From a bacterium (GTDB lineage: Bacteria > SZUA-182 > DTGQ01 > JAFGSM01), in NCBI GenBank assembly GCA_049472335.1, contig JBLIRO010000005.1, positions 1 through 64,000 of the forward strand: 64,000 nt of DNA. Direction: 5' to 3'. Below the pieces are notes generated by a model. That model was not told the DNA's origin and did not search any database. It worked only from the letters and a program-made list of their open reading frames with translations. Position numbers and translations under genes: made by a program. Below are positions 8,960 to 19,594 of the stretch, one piece after another. The number at the start of each line of letters is the position of its first letter. The stretch's first letter is position 1.

Positions 8960-10277
8960 TATTTTTCTTTTTTGATCTGAAGATAAGGCGCAAGGGAGTA
9001 AAGGTAAGGCCCAGTTCCTTCCTCATTTGGTTTTGAAGATATCTCTCATAAGAGAAATGAATACCTTGCGGGGCATTTACAAAAAATACAAAAGTAGGCG
9101 GTTGTATGGCAATCTGTGTATGAAAATAAAATTTTATCCTCCTGCCCTTAAAAACAGGCGGGGGGAACCGTTTGATGGATGTTTCAATAACTCTATTGAG
9201 ATGACCGGTTGTGACACGTGTTCTGTATTGATCCATGGTTTGTTCAACAAGAGAAAATATCTTGTACACCCTCTGGCCCGTCAGGGCAGAAACAAAGATC
9301 ATGGGCGCATAAGACAAATATTTTAATCGAAAACGAAAATCTTTTTCATACTCCTTCATGCTCTTTTCATTCTTTACTACAGTGTCCCATTTATTGACAA
9401 CAATAACTATTGCCCTGCCTGCCTCATGGGCAAATCCTGCGATACGCACATCCTGATCCGTGATCCCTTGTTTTGCATCAATCAAGAAAAGGGCTAAATG
9501 ACAATCCTCTATATTCCTTAGGGTCTTCATTACGGTTAGCCGCTCCAGCCCATGCTTTACCTTCTTGCGGCGTCTTATACCTGCAGTATCAATAATCATA
9601 TATAAGCGGTTATTGTATCTAAAAGGGGTGTCTATGCAATCCCTGGTTGTACCCGGTTCTTCACTCACCAGGGATCTTTCCTTGCGCAAAATCTTGTTCA
9701 AAAGAGAAGATTTTCCGACATTTGGACGGCCAATAATAGCCAGGCGTGTCATTTCGGTCTCTGCCCCAGATTCACTTCCGGAGGGTAAGAGATTAGTAAT
9801 ATGCTCCATGAGACCCTCAATGCCAATACCATGTATCGCTGAAATTGGAAAGAAAGTATCTGCGCCAAGGCTATAGAAATCGGAAATATGGGATGAAATC
9901 TTTTCGTTATCCGCTTTGTTTACGACATAGATGGAAGGCTTATTGCTTTTTTTTAAAATAAGATTTATATCTTTATCCGAAGGTAACAAACCATCCTTTA
10001 TATCCATTAAAAAAACTATAATATCTGCCTCTTCTATTGCCATAAGGGCCTGTTCATGGACACCGGCGCTAATCGTTCTCTCGGTCTTCGTATCGAGGCC
10101 TCCTGTATCGATGAGTAAAAATTTTCTTTCTCCCCAATTACAAACACTATAGTTTCTATCCCTTGTAACCCCGGGGAGATCATCAATAATTGCCTTCCTT
10201 TGTCCAATAAGACGATTAAAGAGGGTGGACTTCCCCACATTTGGCCTTCCAACGATTGCTACTATAGGGAGTGACAT
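8952..10277 (-). CDS. der: Ribosome biogenesis GTPase Der
   Basis: Two GRPNVGKS G-domains, DTGG/DTAG, NKAD/NKWD, C-terminal KH-like PPTF domain. Confidence 0.97.
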   Translation of the reverse strand: MSLPIVAIVGRPNVGKSTLFNRLIGQRKAIIDDLPGVTRDRNYSVCNWGERKFLLIDTGGLDTKTERTISAGVHEQALMAIEEADIIVFLMDIKDGLLPSDKDINLILKKSNKPSIYVVNKADNEKISSHISDFYSLGADTFFPISAIHGIGIEGLMEHITNLLPSGSESGAETEMTRLAIIGRPNVGKSSLLNKILRKERSLVSEEPGTTRDCIDTPFRYNNRLYMIIDTAGIRRRKKVKHGLERLTVMKTLRNIEDCHLALFLIDAKQGITDQDVRIAGFAHEAGRAIVIVVNKWDTVVKNEKSMKEYEKDFRFRLKYLSYAPMIFVSALTGQRVYKIFSLVEQTMDQYRTRVTTGHLNRVIETSIKRFPPPVFKGRRIKFYFHTQIAIQPPTFVFFVNAPQGIHFSYERYLQNQMRKELGLTFTPLRLIFRSKKKNNE

Positions 10278-10295
10278 ATTTCTCCTAACAAGTTA

Positions 10296-10348
10296 ATGCC
10301 TAAAGCTTAAAAAAGTGCCTAAAGTGACAATGACACTTTAGGCACTTT
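10296..10348. repeat. REP-like element: ATGCCTAAAGCTT followed by a 15-bp-stem hairpin AAAGTGCCTAAAGTG-N7-CACTTTAGGCACTTT
   Basis: Perfect inverted repeat 10312-10326/10334-10348 in the lon-der spacer. The same core recurs at 48593 and 49463-49613. Confidence 0.6.
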
Positions 10349-10410
10349 CCTTAAAAAAATAGAACCGTCCCTTTTTTTAGATTTTTTTAACTTGTAGTAC
10401 CGGAAAGGGT

Positions 10411-12849
10411 TTAATGAGCACTAACAGGTTCAAATTTGGGAGAAGCTGGATTTGTTTCTATCCTGTCTTGATTTTCTTCGCTTCTGAGGATAATCTCCTC
10501 ATAACCGATCAATGCCTCTTTCATTACCTCTTCCATATGCTCGACAAGGACAAAACGTATGCTTTTATGGACAGGTTTAGGTATTTCCTTGAGGTCCTTT
10601 TCATTTTCTTTGGGTATAATAACTGAACTAATTCCTGCACGATGAGCGGCTAGGACCTTTTCCTTAACCCCTCCGATAGGGAGCACCTTGCCTCTAAGTG
10701 TGATCTCACCAGTCATTGCAAGATCCGACCTCACCGCTTTCCTTGTTATCAGGGAAGCCAGGGCCGTGGCAATTGTAATCCCGGCAGATGGACCATCCTT
10801 AGGAATGGCTCCTTCCGGAACATGGACATGGATCTCATTATTCTGGAAAAAGTCCCTGGGTAGCCCCAGATCCCTGCCGCGACTTCGGAGATAGCTCAAT
10901 GCCGCCTGGGCGGATTCCTGCATAACATCTCCCAACTGGCCTGTTAGGGTGAGTTTTGGTTTTCCGTCCATTATTGTGGCTTCGACCAAAAGGATATCCC
11001 CTCCTACCTCTGTCCACGCTAGGCCTGTAGCAATACCGACCTCATCCTTTTGCTCGGAACGTCTTTCCCTGTATTTTGGTACACCCAAAAATTTAACAAG
11101 CATCTGGGATGTCACATGGACCTTTGATTTTTTACCTTCCTTAACAACCTTCCTTGCTACCTTCCGGCATACAGAGGCTATTTCACGCTCCAAATTCCTG
11201 ACGCCAGCTTCTCTTGTATATCTATGTATGATAGTTTTTAAGGCATTTTCCGAGAATTCGATATTTCCGGGTTTCAGGCCATGGGCCTTGAGCTGTTTTG
11301 GAACAAGAAATATTTGTGCAATCTTTAGTTTTTCAAAATCCGTATAACCCGGCAGATTTATTATCTCCATTCGATCCTGCAAAGGTTGAGGGATTCGGTG
11401 AATCACATTTGCAGTAGTAATAAACATTACCTCAGACAGGTCATATTCCACTTCAAGGTAATGATCACTAAAACTATTATTTTGTTCAGGATCCAGTACT
11501 TCCAACAGGGCGGCAGAAGGATCTCCCCTAAAATCAGTGCTCATTTTGTCTACTTCGTCCAGAATAAGTACAGGATTCTTGGAACCGGCCTTTTTCATAG
11601 ACTGTATAATACGTCCGGGAAGAGCGCCTATATATGTCCTTCTATGTCCTCTGATCTCCGCCTCATCTCTTACCCCTCCCAGGGAAAGACGTACAAATTT
11701 TCTGCCTGTGGCATGAGCGATCGATCTTGCCAAAGATGTTTTGCCGCCTCCTGGCGGTCCGACGAAACAGAGTATGGGGCCTTTCATTTTCTTTACTAGT
11801 CTGCGCACTGCCAGGTACTCCAAAATTCTTTCCTTCGCCTTCTTTAATCCATAATGCTCATTGTCCAGAATCTTTTCAGCTTCTTCCAGATTCAGTTTAT
11901 CCCTGGTTTTTTTGCTCCATGGCAATGAGATCAGCCAATCTATATAGTTTCTCACTACAGTTGCTTCTGCGGCCATGGGAGGCATCAATTCCATTCTCTT
12001 TAGCTCTTTAAAAGCCTTTTCCTCAATCTCTTTGGACATTTTGGCTTCTTTAATCTTATCTTCCAGCTCTTTTATCTCTCCCCGCCGGTTATCAAGAGTT
12101 CCTAACTCCTTTTGAATAGCCTTCATCTGTTCATTGAGGTAGTACTCTTTTTGACTTTTTTCCATTTGCCTTTTAACACGGCCTCTGATGCGTTTCTCGA
12201 TCTGAAGTATCTCAATTTCTGAACTCAGGATTTCGGAAAGTTTGATTAATCTTTCCTCGGGATGGATGGCTTCCAGAATAGCTTGTTTATCTGCAAGTTT
12301 AAGAGACATATTAGAAGAAATGACATCCGCAAGACGTCCGGGGTCTTCTATTCCCTTGACCTTTTCCAATAAGTCTTTGGTGGATTTGAGGTTTAGTTTA
12401 TAGTATGTTTCAAATCGAGTTAAAACATTTCTCATCAATGCTTCAATTTCAGGGGTTCGCTCTGCTTCAATATGCACCTCGGTACAGCATATCTCAAAAA
12501 AATCCTCCACACCTATAAATTCTATGATCTTAGCCCTTGAAGTACCTTCTACAAGCACTTTTATAGTGCCATCAGGGAGTTTGAGGACCTGAAGAATCTC
12601 AGCCAGAATACCTATAGTGAAAATATCATTCTCAAGGGGATCGTCTATCTTGGCATCCTTTTGAGTTGCCAAAAAGATCTTACTGTTGTTGCTGCTCATT
12701 GCTTTTTCAATAGCCTTTATAGACTTCGGACGACCCACAAAAAGCGGGATTATGATATTAGGAAAAACAACAACATCTCTTAGAGGCAAAAGAGATAGGA
12801 TAGAGACATTTTCTCCATTTTTCATTTTAGATTTTTCCTTAAAAAACAT
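10411..12849 (-). CDS. lon: ATP-dependent Lon protease
   Basis: [10 protein letters not shown], Walker [34 protein letters not shown] (catalytic Ser), GGVKEK (catalytic Lys). Confidence 0.98.
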   Translation of the reverse strand: MFFKEKSKMKNGENVSILSLLPLRDVVVFPNIIIPLFVGRPKSIKAIEKAMSSNNSKIFLATQKDAKIDDPLENDIFTIGILAEILQVLKLPDGTIKVLVEGTSRAKIIEFIGVEDFFEICCTEVHIEAERTPEIEALMRNVLTRFETYYKLNLKSTKDLLEKVKGIEDPGRLADVISSNMSLKLADKQAILEAIHPEERLIKLSEILSSEIEILQIEKRIRGRVKRQMEKSQKEYYLNEQMKAIQKELGTLDNRRGEIKELEDKIKEAKMSKEIEEKAFKELKRMELMPPMAAEATVVRNYIDWLISLPWSKKTRDKLNLEEAEKILDNEHYGLKKAKERILEYLAVRRLVKKMKGPILCFVGPPGGGKTSLARSIAHATGRKFVRLSLGGVRDEAEIRGHRRTYIGALPGRIIQSMKKAGSKNPVLILDEVDKMSTDFRGDPSAALLEVLDPEQNNSFSDHYLEVEYDLSEVMFITTANVIHRIPQPLQDRMEIINLPGYTDFEKLKIAQIFLVPKQLKAHGLKPGNIEFSENALKTIIHRYTREAGVRNLEREIASVCRKVARKVVKEGKKSKVHVTSQMLVKFLGVPKYRERRSEQKDEVGIATGLAWTEVGGDILLVEATIMDGKPKLTLTGQLGDVMQESAQAALSYLRSRGRDLGLPRDFFQNNEIHVHVPEGAIPKDGPSAGITIATALASLITRKAVRSDLAMTGEITLRGKVLPIGGVKEKVLAAHRAGISSVIIPKENEKDLKEIPKPVHKSIRFVLVEHMEEVMKEALIGYEEIILRSEENQDRIETNPASPKFEPVSAH

Positions 12850-12884
12850 TTTAGTTCCTTAGCAGTTAAAAATCTTTCAGCCTG

Positions 12885-14132
12885 TTATCCAACCTTTTCA
12901 TAAAGCAGAACAGGAGTTTCCTTTTTCTCTATAAATTCCTCGGTGATTACGCATTCTTTTATGCTGCTCTGTGATGGCAGATCATACATAAGATCCATCA
13001 TCACATCTTCCAGAATTGCCCTGAGTCCACGTGCGCCGGTACCCTTTTTTATGGCTTTTCTGGCTACCGCGTGAAGGGCATTATCAGTGAATCTCAAGTA
13101 TACTTTTTCAAACTCGAACATTTTCTGATACTGCTTTACGAGGGCATTTTTAGGGTCCTTTAGGATCTTGATCAAGGCATTCTCATCGAGATCGTCAAGA
13201 ACAGTTACTACCGGAAGTCTTCCTGCGAATTCCGGAATAAGGCCATATTTAATTAGATCGGCATGTTCCACGTGAGTAAGCGGATTTTTCTTTATTTTTG
13301 ACAAATCCTTCTTGTCCTCGGCCAAAAATCCAACCACCTTTTTACCCATTCTCCTCTTTATTATGTCATCCAAACCAATAAAGGCGCCGCCGCAGATAAA
13401 AAGTATATCAGTCGTGTCTACCTGAATATATTCCTGATGGGGATGTTTTCTGCCTCCCTGAGGCGGAACGCTGGCGATAGTGCCTTCAATGATTTTAAGG
13501 AGTGCCTGTTGCACACCCTCTCCGGAAACATCACGAGTGATGGACGGGCTTTCTGATTTTCGATTGATCTTATCGATTTCATCAATATATACTATTCCTT
13601 TCTCTGCCTGTTCAACCTTATAATCAGAAGCCTGTAAAAGCTTGAGTATGATATTTTCCACATCCTCCCCGACATAGCCTGCTTCAGTCAGAGTCGTGGC
13701 ATCGACAATTGTAAAAGGAACATCCAGTATCCTGGCAAGGGTTTGAGCCAGCAAGGTCTTTCCGCTTCCTGTTGGTCCTATTAGCAAAATATTGCTTTTT
13801 TGAAGCTCAACATCCTGGATATCTATATTTGATTCAACCCTTCTATAGTGATTATAAACAGCAACGGATAATGCCTTTTTGGCTCTTTCCTGCCCGACAA
13901 CATATTCATCCAGTAATTCCTTTAACTCAGAAGGTTTGGGAAGTTTTTGAAATTCTCCCAATCCTTCATCGCTCAAATCTTCTGCCATTAGCTCATTACA
14001 CATATCTATACATTCATCACAGATATAAACCTTAGGCCCGGCAACCATCCGCCTGACATCCCTCTCTGACTTACCGCAAAAGGAGCATTTCAGTCTGCTA
14101 TGGTTATCCTTTTCCTTTGATTCTTTTGACAT
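12885..14132 (-). CDS. clpX: Clp protease ATP-binding subunit ClpX
   Basis: CSFCGK...ICDEC zinc finger, [32 protein letters not shown]. Confidence 0.98.
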   Translation of the reverse strand: MSKESKEKDNHSRLKCSFCGKSERDVRRMVAGPKVYICDECIDMCNELMAEDLSDEGLGEFQKLPKPSELKELLDEYVVGQERAKKALSVAVYNHYRRVESNIDIQDVELQKSNILLIGPTGSGKTLLAQTLARILDVPFTIVDATTLTEAGYVGEDVENIILKLLQASDYKVEQAEKGIVYIDEIDKINRKSESPSITRDVSGEGVQQALLKIIEGTIASVPPQGGRKHPHQEYIQVDTTDILFICGGAFIGLDDIIKRRMGKKVVGFLAEDKKDLSKIKKNPLTHVEHADLIKYGLIPEFAGRLPVVTVLDDLDENALIKILKDPKNALVKQYQKMFEFEKVYLRFTDNALHAVARKAIKKGTGARGLRAILEDVMMDLMYDLPSQSSIKECVITEEFIEKKETPVLLYEKVG

Positions 14133-14168
14133 CTTTCTTACTCCTCGATTTCTCTATAACCAGCGATC

Positions 14169-14777
14169 CTATTTCGCAATTCCAATTGGGTTAGAATCTT
14201 TACTGACTATAACTTCATCAATAAGCCCATAATCTCTGGCCTGATCCGGGGACATATAGAAATCCCGTTCCGTATCCTGTCGAATCTTTTCTATGGGCTG
14301 GCCTGTATGCTTGACTAATAATTCATTCAATTTCTCCCTCAATCTCAGAATTTCCCTGGCCTGAATATCTACATCGGTAGCCTGTCCCTGGAAACCACCC
14401 AAAGGCTGGTGAATGAGTATCCTGGCATGGGGCAAAGCAAATCTTTTACCTTTTGTGCCTGATGTAAGCAGTAAAGCGCCCATACTCGCAGCCTGGCCGA
14501 TACAAATAGTCGATACATCCGGTTTGATATATTGAATGGTGTCATAGATTGCCAAACCCGATGTAACAACACCACCGGGAGAATTAACATAAAGATGTAT
14601 ATCCTTCTCCGGGTCCTCTGCCTCCAGAAATAAAAGCTGGGCAATCACAAGATTGGAAATGACGTCATCAATCGGCGTCCCGATAAAAATTATCCTGTCT
14701 TTCAAGAGACGGGAATATATATCATACGCCCTCTCTCCTCTGTTCGTTTGTTCAACAACCATTGGAACTAATGTCAT
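14169..14777 (-). CDS. clpP: Clp protease proteolytic subunit ClpP
   Basis: [37 protein letters not shown]. Confidence 0.98.
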   Translation of the reverse strand: MTLVPMVVEQTNRGERAYDIYSRLLKDRIIFIGTPIDDVISNLVIAQLLFLEAEDPEKDIHLYVNSPGGVVTSGLAIYDTIQYIKPDVSTICIGQAASMGALLLTSGTKGKRFALPHARILIHQPLGGFQGQATDVDIQAREILRLREKLNELLVKHTGQPIEKIRQDTERDFYMSPDQARDYGLIDEVIVSKDSNPIGIAK

Positions 14778-14826
14778 ATCAGGTTACCTTTCTAAAAAAT
14801 TAAATGAGTAATATTTAATGGAATAT

Positions 14827-16161
14827 TTAAGTGGAATCTTTTTTGATATTTTCCTGTCTAATATCTTCATCGGCACCTTTTTGTACTTCTATTCGAATTG
14901 CCTTATTCATAATAAAATCCATTGCTTTATCCATCAATAGACTTGTGCGTATTTTATCCCATGAACCCTCATTCTTGGCCCTATTCTTCAATTCATTAAA
15001 ATCCTGTTTGGTCTGAAGGGATAAAAGCTCTATCTCTTTTTCTATTTCCTCCTCTGACACATTAAGTCCTTCTTTACGTGCAACTCCTTCCTGAATAAGC
15101 GCGAGGTGAACATCTTTCTTTGCCTTGGGTCTGAGTTCCTCACGGGCCTTGTCCCTGTCCCATTTATCAGTGTTCACATAACTACCGCCAAGTCTCAACT
15201 GATTCTCTATACCGTTTATTATATCATCAATCCTCGATTCTATCATTGACTCCGGTGGATCAAAAGGATTCTTTTCAATAAGGACGTTTATAAGCTCTTC
15301 TTTTGCAATATTTTCTGCCTGGTTATCCAAACTGGTTTGAATCTTTTCTCTGATCTCCTTTTTCAATGATTCAAGGTTATCATATTCACCAAGATCGCGG
15401 GCAAATTCATCATCCAAAGCGGGTATTTTTTTCTCCTTGATTTCCTTGATTATAACATCTAATATGCAGGCTTTGCCACTTAATTCTTTATTAGGAAAAT
15501 TCTCAGGGATAATCAGGTCTATTTTCTTTTTTTCACCCTTTTTTAAGCCTATAAGGGCCTTTACAAAACCGTTTTTTTCGTCTTTACTATTGATTTCAAT
15601 CTGTAAATCCTCTTTATTTTTTCTGTCGATAGGTTTACCATCCACTGTGCCTTCATAGTTAAAAAAAACTATATCTCCTTCTTGAACCTGACGGTCCTCC
15701 ACAACCTCAAATTGAGCATTCTTTTCCTGAAGATTTTTCAGCATAAGGAGCACATCTTCATCCGTTGCCTCGGTTTTTTTCCATTTGATCTCAATATTTG
15801 TATAATCCTTGGGATCAATAAGCGGTTTAACCTCCAAGGTCACTCCCACAGTTAGAGGTTTTCCCTCTTCCACAAATAGATCATCAAACTTAGGCTCGCC
15901 AATGGGCTCCAAATCGGCCTCTGATATTGCCTTACTATAATAAGAAGGCACCAGTTTTTGTACTACTTCTGATTCTATCCGGTTCCAGAAAAACCGTTTA
16001 AGGATTGCCTTTGGTACCTTTCCGGGTCTGAATCCTTTTATTTTTGCAGTGGAGTTAATTTCACGATATACCTTGCCAAGCTCTTCAGATATAACATCCT
16101 GAGGGATTTCAAATGTCAGTTTCTTTTTCTTGTCTTCTTGTTCGATAACATCTACCTTCAT
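14827..16161 (-). CDS. tig: Trigger factor
   Basis: GFRPGKVP ribosome-binding motif, FKBP-like middle domain, tig-clpP-clpX order. ATG at 16161 chosen for its GGAGAGG RBS. Confidence 0.95.
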   Translation of the reverse strand: MKVDVIEQEDKKKKLTFEIPQDVISEELGKVYREINSTAKIKGFRPGKVPKAILKRFFWNRIESEVVQKLVPSYYSKAISEADLEPIGEPKFDDLFVEEGKPLTVGVTLEVKPLIDPKDYTNIEIKWKKTEATDEDVLLMLKNLQEKNAQFEVVEDRQVQEGDIVFFNYEGTVDGKPIDRKNKEDLQIEINSKDEKNGFVKALIGLKKGEKKKIDLIIPENFPNKELSGKACILDVIIKEIKEKKIPALDDEFARDLGEYDNLESLKKEIREKIQTSLDNQAENIAKEELINVLIEKNPFDPPESMIESRIDDIINGIENQLRLGGSYVNTDKWDRDKAREELRPKAKKDVHLALIQEGVARKEGLNVSEEEIEKEIELLSLQTKQDFNELKNRAKNEGSWDKIRTSLLMDKAMDFIMNKAIRIEVQKGADEDIRQENIKKDST

Positions 16162-16246
16162 ATCCTCTCCAGTCTCCAATAACCTAATCTTATGGAATAA
16201 ATTTTTATAATGTCTTACTCAATCAAAGCATCTTCTTAAATCAAAT

Positions 16247-16330
16247 TGGTGCGAGAGGCGGGACTCGAACCCGCATGGTTTTCCCACTGGATCCTAAGTC
16301 CAGCGCGTCTGCCAGTTCCGCCACTCTCGC
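16247..16330 (-). tRNA. tRNA-Leu(TAG)
   Basis: Minus strand GCGAGAGTGGCGGAACTGGCAGACGCGCTGGACT-TAG-GATCCAGT...GGTTCGAGTCCCGCCTCTCGCACCA. Long variable arm, encoded CCA, usual position upstream of tig. Confidence 0.96.
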
Positions 16331-16497
16331 ATTCTTAAGGAAAAACAAGAAACCGCTCTTCATGCTATTATTAAAAACAGATTCACTGGAACTATCAATT
16401 AATCAACCCTAAATACAACAATAAATCCGATAAACTATTATAAAATTCAGAAAGGAAGCTACTGATAAGAAACAAAATTAAAATCCTTAAAAATAAG

Positions 16498-16570
16498 TGA
16501 GCCGTGTAGGAATCGAACCTACAACCTAGTGATTAAGAGTCACTTGCTCTGCCAATTGAGCTAACGGCCC
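16498..16570 (-). tRNA. tRNA-Lys(CTT)
   Basis: Minus strand GGGCCGTTAGCTCAATTGGCAGAGCAAGTGACT-CTT-AATCACTAGGTTGTAGGTTCGATTCCTACACGGCTCA. CCA not encoded. Confidence 0.95.
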
Positions 16571-16764
16571 ACCTAAAAAAAATCCAAATAAATTATCACA
16601 TAAATTTTTACGTAAATTTCTACGTCAAAAATTGTATTATTTTGTTAGTGGTTAGTCAAGCCCTTAATTAATTTTTTGTGATTTATTATATTAATATTAT
16701 AACAATCCATTGATGAGCAATATTCTCCAAAGTTGTTGAATAGATTTATGGTGCCTCCTTATTA

Positions 16765-17706
16765 TTAACCCTTATGTTCTGCAATCAGTTGTTCTAACAA
16801 TTGCTCTGTGTCCTCTTTGCTGCAGAGTTTCGTATCAGGATTCATGACTGCCGCAGAGCCCGCAGCAATGCCAAACTGGATCGCTTCTTTAATTGGTCTT
16901 CCCCTGGCCAGGCTCAAAACAATGCCTGCCACCATACTGTCACCGGCCCCGACTTTGCTCCGGATCGGCACAGTAGGCGCCCGCAACCGCTCACATCCCT
17001 GCTTCGTCACCATCAGAGCACCTGCCGCACCCAATGAAATCACAACGACATGGCTCTGTTCCTCCCGGATAAATTTCAGTGCCGCCGCCTCAAGTTCCGA
17101 TTCGTTCCTTACCTCATGTTTAACCAGTGCTTGAAGTTCCTTCATATTGGGTTTGAACAAATATACCCCCGACCTGGCGGCCAGATGGAGCGCTTCTCCA
17201 GAAGTATCCACAATGATCCGGGCGCCCAGTCCTCTGGCTATATGGGCTGTCCGGGCATAAAAATCTTCAGGCACACCTGGGGGCAAGCTTCCACTTGCCA
17301 CAATATAATCCGGTTTTGGGATTATGGATGATAATCTGTGAAGGCATGCTTCCCACTCCTTTTGATCCAATGTTGGCCCCGGCATGTTAAAGCGGAACTG
17401 ACGGCCCGTTGAATTTTCAACAATGATAATATTTTCCCGTGTCAATCTCTTAATCGGAATCGGATCATGCTGCACACCTTCCTCATTAAGAAGGCGTTGA
17501 AGCATCTGACCGTATAATCCCCCGGATGTATATAAAGCGATCGACTCACCTCCCAATCTCCGAACAGCTCGGGAAACATTGATCCCCCCGCCGCCCGGTT
17601 CATAGTTGGGCTGCTGGCAGCGCAACTTGTCATCGACAACTACATGTTCAACATACGCACTTGTATCAACAGATGGATTGAGCGTTAGAGTGACGATCCT
17701 TTTCAT
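16765..17706 (-). CDS. pfkB: PfkB-family hexose kinase (1-phosphofructokinase / Pfk-2 type)
   Basis: TLTLNPSVD, PGGGGINVSR, SGSLPPG, KPNMKEL, SKVGAGDSMVAG. Confidence 0.88.
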   Translation of the reverse strand: MKRIVTLTLNPSVDTSAYVEHVVVDDKLRCQQPNYEPGGGGINVSRAVRRLGGESIALYTSGGLYGQMLQRLLNEEGVQHDPIPIKRLTRENIIIVENSTGRQFRFNMPGPTLDQKEWEACLHRLSSIIPKPDYIVASGSLPPGVPEDFYARTAHIARGLGARIIVDTSGEALHLAARSGVYLFKPNMKELQALVKHEVRNESELEAAALKFIREEQSHVVVISLGAAGALMVTKQGCERLRAPTVPIRSKVGAGDSMVAGIVLSLARGRPIKEAIQFGIAAGSAAVMNPDTKLCSKEDTEQLLEQLIAEHKG

Positions 17707-17939
17707 GGCCTTTCTTCTCCATTCATCTTATTTACCCTGTATTTGAAAAATAACTTCATCGGGTTTGGTTCATTTGTCAAACAGTAGACGGGCGGGACTA
17801 CCTATATGGCCCACATAGGCAGATTTATTTTCGGAAAAAGGCTTTGGCTATCTTTTCAAAATGTTCCAGAAGCAGTTCCAAAATAAGGAACGATTCAATA
17901 ATTAAAAGTTTTAATTCTTCTCTGTGCTTGAATCAATAA

Positions 17940-18677
17940 TCAATCCCAGTATTTAGGTCTGCCGTAATAGTCATGAAGTACCTCCTCATATTCTCGATTT
18001 ACAGGTTCAGAGGGATCATACTCCGGACTGTTTTTAATCTCTTCTTTAGAATGATTCATATAAATCTTGGATTTTTCCCAACTTATGCTCCGGGCCCATT
18101 GCGGAGCAACTAATACCTTGTTCTCAGGCAACCAATTCTGGGTATTCACAACCATATAACGGATTGCCCATTTAATATCTTCTACGATGAAATCCTCTAT
18201 ATGACCGATTTCACCATCAAGGGCATGGATATGAAAACCAATAACTTTATTGGTACCTTGCAGGTGAGAATCCGCCAAGTCTTTCTCAGATATGGAATCT
18301 TCCTCCTCTGTCGGCATGATTATCGGGGGGATGAAATCCTGCATATTTACTTCCCAATAAACAGGCCAATTATGGTATTTAACTAACTTAAATTCCTTCT
18401 CACGAGAAACAGGCTTATAAATATCAATAGCTGGGGCTCCTTTTACAATCTCTTTAGTAAGGTCGGCATTGAAGATTTTACTATGCCAAACAGGATGGCC
18501 GGAAAATGAAGCAGGGGATATCAGCACGTGCTTCCCTGGAAGCCAATCACTTGTATTCACCAAGAGATAACGTATTATCCATTTCATGTAATCAAAGTAA
18601 AACTGCTCCACTCTTCCAATACCGCTATCTCGCCCTTTCACTTTATAACCGATTAATTCCTTTAAACTTAGTAACAT
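17940..18677 (-). CDS. PRC-barrel domain protein (two PRC barrels)
   Basis: Two repeats LIGYKVKGRDSGIGRVEQFYFD..WIIRYL / VIGFHIHALDGEIGHIEDFIVED..WAIRYM, and C-terminal YYGRPKYW. Confidence 0.88.
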   Translation of the reverse strand: MLLSLKELIGYKVKGRDSGIGRVEQFYFDYMKWIIRYLLVNTSDWLPGKHVLISPASFSGHPVWHSKIFNADLTKEIVKGAPAIDIYKPVSREKEFKLVKYHNWPVYWEVNMQDFIPPIIMPTEEEDSISEKDLADSHLQGTNKVIGFHIHALDGEIGHIEDFIVEDIKWAIRYMVVNTQNWLPENKVLVAPQWARSISWEKSKIYMNHSKEEIKNSPEYDPSEPVNREYEEVLHDYYGRPKYWD

Positions 18678-18831
18678 TTTTTTCTCCCTTTAAAACACTT
18701 AATATACCTTAATTTTAATTTTTGCTAGAATATAATAGAATGATTTTATTTTCAAGGTAATAGGATTTTTTAAGATATATATTGTCTAACCATATTAAAA
18801 AGATATACTATCAAAAAGGGAAAAATAATCT

Positions 18832-19215
18832 ATGTCTATGGAACTTATAGAACTAATTGTAATTCGGATAGTTTCTTCTCTTGCAAGTATAATAGAACTT
18901 TGCGCAGCTTTCATAATTATCACTGCCGGTATTCGGGCTTTTTTTGGATATATCTTCAAGGCGTTATTTCAGAAAATGCCCAAGGAAAAACTTGCAGAAC
19001 AGCGCTTGCGAATCGAATTAGGGTTTGCTCTCTCCCTTGCGCTTGAATTCGAATTAGGGGCCGATATCTTAAAAACGGCTGTTGCACCTAATTGGCAGGC
19101 TATCGGTGTTGTAGCATCCATCATTGTATTACGTACAGCACTAAACTATTTTCTTCAAAAGGAACTGGAGCGAGCGGAGGTTGGAAAAAGAAAAATATCA
19201 GACAAAACCTCTTAG
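18832..19215 (+). CDS. DUF1622 family membrane protein
   Basis: RIELGFALSLALEFELGADILKTAVAPNW...IVLRTALNYFLQKE signature. Confidence 0.88.
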   Translation: MSMELIELIVIRIVSSLASIIELCAAFIIITAGIRAFFGYIFKALFQKMPKEKLAEQRLRIELGFALSLALEFELGADILKTAVAPNWQAIGVVASIIVLRTALNYFLQKELERAEVGKRKISDKTS

Positions 19216-19367
19216 GTTTTCCGATCCTCCTTTGAGTGCAAAGATTGTCAGTTTATTACTCTATTCTCGATCTGATTTGCTTGGTTGTTTCAAATCGGAC
19301 ATATCGAGGCTTTATAAACAAGATAACCGTTCACCTTTTAATCAGGAACCGTATCCATTACTTTTTT

Positions 19368-19444
19368 TGGTACGCCCGGCAGGGCTCGAACCTGCGACCT
19401 GCGGATTCGAAGTCCGACGCTCTATCCAACTGAGCTACGGGCGC
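19368..19444 (-). tRNA. tRNA-Arg(TCG)
   Basis: Minus strand GCGCCCGTAGCTCAGTTGGATAGAGCGTCGGACT-TCG-AATCCGCAGGTCGCAGGTTCGAGCCCTGCCGGGCGTACCA. Confidence 0.96.
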
Positions 19445-19594
19445 ATTTTCATCAAAAAATCAATACTTTAACACCAATTCGATTTTTAACCAAGATCTTA
19501 ATGGATACTGATTAAATAGCATTTTTAACCAATATTGTCAATAAGAAAATGGCTAAAGGAAATGGTTAAAGCCAGAAGAAGTTCACCTGTATTA

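Noticed and set aside
11735..11765. Lon Walker A GPPGGGKT instead of GPPGVGKT
   Set aside because: The change is at a variable P-loop position and all catalytic residues are intact.
16571..19367. Possible tRNA-anchored island (pfkB, PRC-barrel, DUF1622)
   Set aside because: No integrase and no duplicated tRNA 3' end seen.
19181..19471. ORFs 19181..19471 and 19236..19433
   Set aside because: Antisense shadows of tRNA-Arg(TCG).
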